DNA of 31,770 bases, taken from contig CAIYQS010000103.1 of the NCBI GenBank assembly GCA_903928395.1, positions 1 to 31,770 on the forward strand. Direction: 5' to 3'. The position numbers and the translations under genes are program-made. The stretch comes from an uncultured Actinomycetes bacterium. Lineage in GTDB: Bacteria; Actinomycetota; Actinomycetes; Nanopelagicales; Nanopelagicaceae. The notes beneath the pieces are model-generated. The model searched no databases, was not told the DNA's origin, and was given only the letters and a program-made list of their open reading frames with translations. Shown here one piece after another: positions 27,333 to 31,770 of the stretch; the first letter of the stretch is position 1; every line of letters starts with the position of its first letter.

Positions 27333-28755
27333 TATGGGCCTCCTGCTTCTTGATGTTAGACCGGGCTAAGAGTAAGTGTCCGACAAAGCCTATAACCAGC
27401 GCAAAGAGGACTCCTACGTTTGCTCCTGCCCAGGCTCCAGATTTGCCTCCGATTGCACGCATGAAATAACCCTGCCATGAGAGCCAGGAGGCCAGCGGAT
27501 TAGTGACAAACCCCCACCCAACAATGGTTCCAAATATGACCAATGCAATTGATCGGATGTTAAAACGACCATACCGACCCGAATAAATAAAGAGTTCTGG
27601 TTCGGCGTAACCCGATTTACGCATTAATACATCTGCAACGAAAATGGTTGACCAAACTGCGATGGGTACGCCTAGCGTGATCAAGAATCCCTGAAATGGC
27701 GTGCTGAAGTTAGGAGCGATCCAAACAAAATAGATAGTCCCGAGCAACATGATTACTGCGTCAATAGACGCGGCAACGTGGCGCTTTACTGGAAGCCCTA
27801 TCGATACGAGTGTGATTCCCGAAGAATATAAATCCAAAATAGCTCCGCCGACCAGACCCAAAATAGCGACGATTGCGAAAGGAATTAAGTACCACGTCGG
27901 CAAGATCGTGGTGAGCGCTCCAATGGGATCTGATCCAATTGCCGCACTAAGGGATTTTGAGCTCCCCGCAAGAAGCGCGCCGTAAATCACTAGTATCACT
28001 GGAACGATAGAGGAGCCAAAGACAGTCCAAAAAATAACTCCACCACTTGAAATCTTTCGGGGCAAATATCGAGAATAGTCTGCGGCGGAGTTAACCCACC
28101 CCAATCCGATTCCTGTTATGCCCAAGATCATTGCACCGATAAACCCTGCTTTGCTTCCGGCGTGAACGGATTGAACAAGGTGCCAATTAATTTTGTGAAG
28201 GGTCAGTGCGATATACCCAACTGTGAGAACTATTGTTGCAAGAGTAAGCCAGCGCTGAATTCGCATGATCGTATGGAAACCTAGAACCCCGCCAAAGATG
28301 GTCAAACCCGCAGCGACTATAAAACCTAGGACTCCTGCGATGTTGTGGTTGATGTGACCTAGTCGCCCAAAGACGGTTTGAGCCGCCAACGTTGCAAGGG
28401 AAACCAAGATCGTTTCCCAACCAACAAATACAAGGTATGAGAGAAACCCCGGCAATATATTTCCCCGAACTCCGAAAGCAGCCCGTGAGAGAGCCATCGT
28501 CGGTGCGTTTGAGCGCTTTCCTGCCAGGCTACTGACTCCCACCAAAATAAAAGAACCAACTGTTCCAATTATTGCAGCCCACGTTGCTTGCCAAAAAGAA
28601 ATTCCAAAACCAAGGAAGAACGATCCATAAGATAAAGCGAGAAGTGAAACATTTCCTGCTGCCCAAGGCCAAAAAAGGGATTTGGCGGTTCCGTGTCTTT
28701 CGCTCTCAGAAATGAAATTAGTACCGTGTGGCTCAATAGAATTCAGAATATTCAC
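27325..28755 (-). CDS. NCS1 purine/cytosine permease (CodB-like)
   Basis: About 12 transmembrane segments; LFWPWAAGN, PTMALSRAAFGVRG, GWVNSAADYSRY and DLYSSG. Confidence 0.88.
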   Translation of the reverse strand: MNILNSIEPHGTNFISESERHGTAKSLFWPWAAGNVSLLALSYGSFFLGFGISFWQATWAAIIGTVGSFILVGVSSLAGKRSNAPTMALSRAAFGVRGNILPGFLSYLVFVGWETILVSLATLAAQTVFGRLGHINHNIAGVLGFIVAAGLTIFGGVLGFHTIMRIQRWLTLATIVLTVGYIALTLHKINWHLVQSVHAGSKAGFIGAMILGITGIGLGWVNSAADYSRYLPRKISSGGVIFWTVFGSSIVPVILVIYGALLAGSSKSLSAAIGSDPIGALTTILPTWYLIPFAIVAILGLVGGAILDLYSSGITLVSIGLPVKRHVAASIDAVIMLLGTIYFVWIAPNFSTPFQGFLITLGVPIAVWSTIFVADVLMRKSGYAEPELFIYSGRYGRFNIRSIALVIFGTIVGWGFVTNPLASWLSWQGYFMRAIGGKSGAWAGANVGVLFALVIGFVGHLLLARSNIKKQEAHNG

Positions 28756-28761
28756 AGGCGC

Positions 28762-28767
28762 ACTCTA
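28762..28767 (-). promoter_or_regulatory. -10 hexamer, putative leaderless NCS1-yajQ-rarD promoter
   Basis: TAGAGT, 6 nt before GTG 28755. Confidence 0.6.
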
Positions 28768-28868
28768 ACGGGAGCAAGCGTGCGGGATGTCGGTTGAGGT
28801 GTGATACTTACGCTGGAAGTCTCACGCAGCGTGGGTTGAATCAACAAGTCTTGTTACAGGAGTGAAAG

Positions 28869-29336
28869 ATGCTTGAAGAAGAAGATCGCAAAGAAATTAT
28901 TAAGTTATCGGAAGCTACCCATACCTCCGTTGTTGCCTTTGTATTAAGTCTCTTTATTCCACTTGTTGGATTGATCCTTGGCCTGAAAGCAAAGAGTGAG
29001 ATTGATAAATCAGAACATACAAAGAGTGGATCTGCTTTTGCTACTGCAGCAATTTGGATTGGCGCAATTGGCACACTCGCATGGGCAGCGCTTCTCGCAC
29101 TGGTCCTAGTCTTCTCAGTTGGTGGTCATGGGCGTGGTTGGAATTTTGGAGAAAGAGCTGAACATCGTGGCTTTGCAAATCATCAAATGATGCGCACTCC
29201 TTTTCAAGGACAAACTCAAGCAGTACCAGGGGGCGGGATACCTGGAAACGGAATGATGGGTGGATTCGGATCAGGACAAGGACCAGCGCAAGGTGGCGCA
29301 GTACCAAATTCGTCTGGTACTACTACCAACGGTTAA
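28869..29336 (+). CDS. DUF4190-like membrane protein with a Gly/Met/Gln-rich tail
   Basis: AFVLSLFIPLVGLILGLKAKSEI...SGSAFATAAIWIG two-helix pattern; AGGAG upstream. Confidence 0.65.
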   Translation: MLEEEDRKEIIKLSEATHTSVVAFVLSLFIPLVGLILGLKAKSEIDKSEHTKSGSAFATAAIWIGAIGTLAWAALLALVLVFSVGGHGRGWNFGERAEHRGFANHQMMRTPFQGQTQAVPGGGIPGNGMMGGFGSGQGPAQGGAVPNSSGTTTNG

Positions 29337-30553
29337 GCCAAAGTTTTAATCCGACCGGTTTCCAAATAGTGAGCTAGAACCCCACTTCCTATTAATGCTA
29401 TGGCGGGAAAGAGTAGAGCCATGGGGAGACCAAAGAGACCCGCAAGACTGGAAGTTGTAAATCTTCCGATAAAAAATCCTGTAGATGCGATCACAGCTAA
29501 ACGGGTAAGTGCCCGCGCAGCCGGTATTCCTGGAATACTCGCTGCGATCGATGCATAGGATGGCGGCATCGGAGAAACCCCAAATCCCAATACGGCATAC
29601 CCCACGCACATAATCGCTAATGCGGTGTAGGGGTGATTCGTTCTTTCTATATTGGCGGCAATTAAACTGCTCAGATATCCGAAACCACCAAGTAAGCCAC
29701 CAAACCGGATTACGAATGGAATTCCATATACATCGATCCAGCGTCCCACTGAAAAGCGTCCAATAATTTGTGCCAATACGAAGCAGGTGTACCCCAGGGT
29801 GTTGATGCCAATCGGAATCCGGAGATCTTCTTTTAGGTAAATGGATGACCAGTCGCCGACGGAAGCTTCTGCGACTGTCGCCAGAACCGAGCCGATGGCT
29901 ACCATCCAGATAAAGCTCTTAATCTCTGAAGGAATTGGCAGGCTGTGTGGGACTTCTGAGTTTGTTACCACATCGTGCTGGTCGGCTGAGTAAGGCAGTA
30001 AGGCACGTGCGACAACCAAACTGCCAAAGAGCGCGATCAAGGAATTGCCCAGCAAATGCCATTCGAGAGGAACGTATTTAGCAATGAATCCCGCAAAGAA
30101 TGAAGCGACACAGGCTCCTATTGACCAGGAACCGTGAAAAGATGGCATAAGCGAGCGTCCAAAACTCGCTTGAATCATTGAACCTTGGGCATTGCAAGCG
30201 ATATTTGCCAGTGCATAACTCGCTCCAGCTGCGAACGCCACCAAAGGAATTTCCCACACTTGATTGACGAATCCATATGCAATTTGTGATCCGGCGATGC
30301 CGACCATTGTCAATTGTGTGGTTCGTCTTGTACCTATTTTGCGACTCAACCTAGATCCAAAGAAATTTCCAAAGATTGAGCCAATATTTCCAACGACGAT
30401 GCAATACCCAAATATGGCGTCTGTTGTATGTGTATGTCCTTTTATTTCTGCGAAACGTGCCGATGCAGCTGCGACAGCTACTCCCATAAAGAAGAATGTG
30501 GCTCGGAGTCCCCACTTCGCGCGCTCTACACGCTCGGCGGTTGGCGCTGTCAC
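29333..30553 (-). CDS. MFS transporter (YbjJ-like)
   Basis: About 12 transmembrane segments; SRKIGTRR loop, SFHGSWSIGA, AEASVGDWSSIYL and GRFSVGRWIDVYG. Confidence 0.85.
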   Translation of the reverse strand: MTAPTAERVERAKWGLRATFFFMGVAVAAASARFAEIKGHTHTTDAIFGYCIVVGNIGSIFGNFFGSRLSRKIGTRRTTQLTMVGIAGSQIAYGFVNQVWEIPLVAFAAGASYALANIACNAQGSMIQASFGRSLMPSFHGSWSIGACVASFFAGFIAKYVPLEWHLLGNSLIALFGSLVVARALLPYSADQHDVVTNSEVPHSLPIPSEIKSFIWMVAIGSVLATVAEASVGDWSSIYLKEDLRIPIGINTLGYTCFVLAQIIGRFSVGRWIDVYGIPFVIRFGGLLGGFGYLSSLIAANIERTNHPYTALAIMCVGYAVLGFGVSPMPPSYASIAASIPGIPAARALTRLAVIASTGFFIGRFTTSSLAGLFGLPMALLFPAIALIGSGVLAHYLETGRIKTLA

Positions 30554-30559
30554 ATCTGT

Positions 30560-30565
30560 ACTTTA
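30560..30565 (-). promoter_or_regulatory. -10 hexamer, putative leaderless MFS promoter
   Basis: TAAAGT, 6 nt before GTG 30553. Confidence 0.6.
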
Positions 30566-30597
30566 GTCCAAAGGCGGGACTTTCAATCGTTATGCGC

Positions 30598-30603
30598 TAA
30601 TTT
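30598..30603 (+). promoter_or_regulatory. -10 hexamer, putative leaderless tdk promoter
   Basis: TAATTT, 6 nt before ATG 30610. Confidence 0.55.
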
Positions 30604-30609
30604 TCTCAC

Positions 30610-31215
30610 ATGGCGGAACTAATTTATTACTGCGGCACTATGGATAGCGGAAAATCAACGCTTGCCCTACAAACTGCACATAATCGCAAGAGTCGCGGTC
30701 TTGAAGGTTTAATTTTAACTAATCGAGATCGGGGTGGTACCGGCGTGATAACAAGCCGACTTGGTTTGCAAGCCGCTGCACATGAAGTTACTCCTGATTT
30801 TGACATCTTCGAATACATTTCGAGTGAAATAAAAAGTGGACGCAAAATTGAATATGTAATTTGTGATGAAACCCAGTTCTTCGAGCGAGAACACATTGAA
30901 CAACTTTCTCGTGTCGTTGATGAACTAGCAATCGACGTATTCGCATTTGGAATTTTGACAGATTTCCGAACCAAATTATTCCCAGGGTCTGAACGCTTGA
31001 TTGAATTAGCTGATCGAGTGCTTCCGTTGCAAGTTGAAGCGTTGTGCTGGTGTGGTGCACGAGCGACTCACAATGCTCGGGTAGCAAATGGGGTTATGGT
31101 GACAGAAGGTGATCAAATATTGCCTGGCGACGTTGGAAGTCCGCAGACAATCGGTTATGAGGTACTTTGCCGCAAACACCACATGCAAAAAGTAAACTCA
31201 GCCCGCTCTCATTAA
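30610..31215 (+). CDS. tdk: Thymidine kinase (type II)
   Basis: GTMDSGKS P-loop, ICDETQF, TDFRTKLFPGS, and Zn ligands CWCG and CRKH. Confidence 0.95.
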   Translation: MAELIYYCGTMDSGKSTLALQTAHNRKSRGLEGLILTNRDRGGTGVITSRLGLQAAAHEVTPDFDIFEYISSEIKSGRKIEYVICDETQFFEREHIEQLSRVVDELAIDVFAFGILTDFRTKLFPGSERLIELADRVLPLQVEALCWCGARATHNARVANGVMVTEGDQILPGDVGSPQTIGYEVLCRKHHMQKVNSARSH

Positions 31216-31238
31216 TTCGTAAGGAATCTCTTGCGAAT
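31215..31238 (+). terminator. Hairpin directly after the tdk stop; possible intrinsic terminator
   Basis: ATTCGTAAG-GAATCT-CTTGCGAAT: 9-bp stem with one U-G pair. No U-tract follows (ATTCT). Confidence 0.4.
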
Positions 31239-31285
31239 ATTCTGAGAATTGCCATTATTTGGTAGACGGGTCATTCGGGCGCTCT

Positions 31286-31291
31286 TAAAAT
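31286..31291 (+). promoter_or_regulatory. -10 hexamer, putative leaderless acyltransferase promoter
   Basis: TAAAAT, 5 nt before ATG 31297. Confidence 0.5.
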
Positions 31292-31296
31292 GAAGT

Positions 31297-31770
31297 ATGT
31301 TGTTGGGCGAGGTGTCTTCCCCCAAATCAGATCTGCCAGAAAGTCGTTTCCGCGGAGATATTCAAGGTTTACGCGGAGTTGCAGTTGCGTTGGTGGTTCT
31401 CTTCCACGCTGGAGTTCCGGGTTTTAAGGGTGGATTTGTAGGCGTAGATATCTTCTTTGTTCTCAGCGGGTTTTTGATTACGGGCAACTTGCTCCGCGAG
31501 ATAAAAGCTACGGGCCGAATTAAATTTAGAGAGTTCTATGCCCGACGGATCAGGCGATTGCTTCCAGCCTCATTCTTTGTATTACTCGTCACCTTAATTG
31601 TTGTCGCTATCTGGTTTCCACCGTTGCTCTTGCCAGGAGTTGCGGTCGATATATCGAGTGCCGGTTTGTATGTTTCCAATCTCGATTTCGCGATTAGGGC
31701 GACTGACTATTTTGCATCATCTGTGATTCCTTCGCCGGTCCTTCACTTCTGGTCACTTGGCGTAGAAGAG
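31297..31770 (+). CDS. Acyltransferase-3 (OafA/OatA-like) O-acyltransferase, 3' part outside the window
   Basis: Not in the ORF track; hand translation gives DIQGLRGVAVALVVLFHAG, GGFVGVDIFFVLSGFLIT, FYARRIRRLLPA and HFWSLGVEE. Confidence 0.93.
   Translation, partial: MLLGEVSSPKSDLPESRFRGDIQGLRGVAVALVVLFHAGVPGFKGGFVGVDIFFVLSGFLITGNLLREIKATGRIKFREFYARRIRRLLPASFFVLLVTLIVVAIWFPPLLLPGVAVDISSAGLYVSNLDFAIRATDYFASSVIPSPVLHFWSLGVEE

Noticed and set aside
26844-27400. tRNA gene beside yajQ, as in some actinobacteria
   Set aside because: The flanks are fully coding; no cloverleaf or T-loop motif was seen.
28756-28868. Purine riboswitch upstream of the NCS1 permease
   Set aside because: A -10 element 6 nt from the GTG implies a leaderless mRNA, and no consensus match is visible.
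30565-30581. AGTCC-N7-GGACT inverted repeat between the MFS gene and tdk
   Set aside because: A 5-bp arm is expected by chance.
1-31770. CRISPR array, IS element, prophage, rRNA or anti-phage defence system
   Set aside because: No spaced repeats, transposase, integrase or defence domains were recognised. The helicase and WYL-like genes match the conserved chromosomal Rv0861c/Rv0862c pair rather than a defence island.

Overview
Gene-dense core-genome window (about 33 CDS, mostly with gaps under 30 nt or overlaps; GC roughly 47-52% in spot counts). Gene content and order point to a genome-streamlined actinobacterium, plausibly a freshwater Nanopelagicales/acI-like lineage (inference). In order: radA (cut by the window edge), a Cys-rich conserved protein, proC, two convergent secreted beta-propeller proteins (one with an HExxH peptidase and an FN3 domain), a glutaredoxin-like gene, an XPB helicase block (XPB, M20 peptidase, WYL-tailed XPB partner), a HAD phosphatase, a System II cytochrome c maturation operon, a classical menaquinone cluster (menA, E, B, C, D, F, G plus polyprenyl synthase), a solitary bioY, rarD, yajQ, an NCS1 permease, a DUF4190-like protein, an MFS transporter, tdk and a partial acyltransferase-3 gene. 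I saw no rRNA, tRNA, CRISPR array or mobile element. Best leads: (1) an XPB partner that duplicates the XPB N-terminal domain and ends in a WYL-like domain, resembling the TFIIH p52-XPB pair; (2) the hem genes are missing from their usual slot while cytochrome c maturation is kept, suggesting heme auxotrophy; (3) a structured, SD-sequestering leader before bioY; (4) a modular secreted metallopeptidase; (5) pervasive leaderless TANNNT promoters. All family assignments come from recognising motifs by eye; no database search was run.
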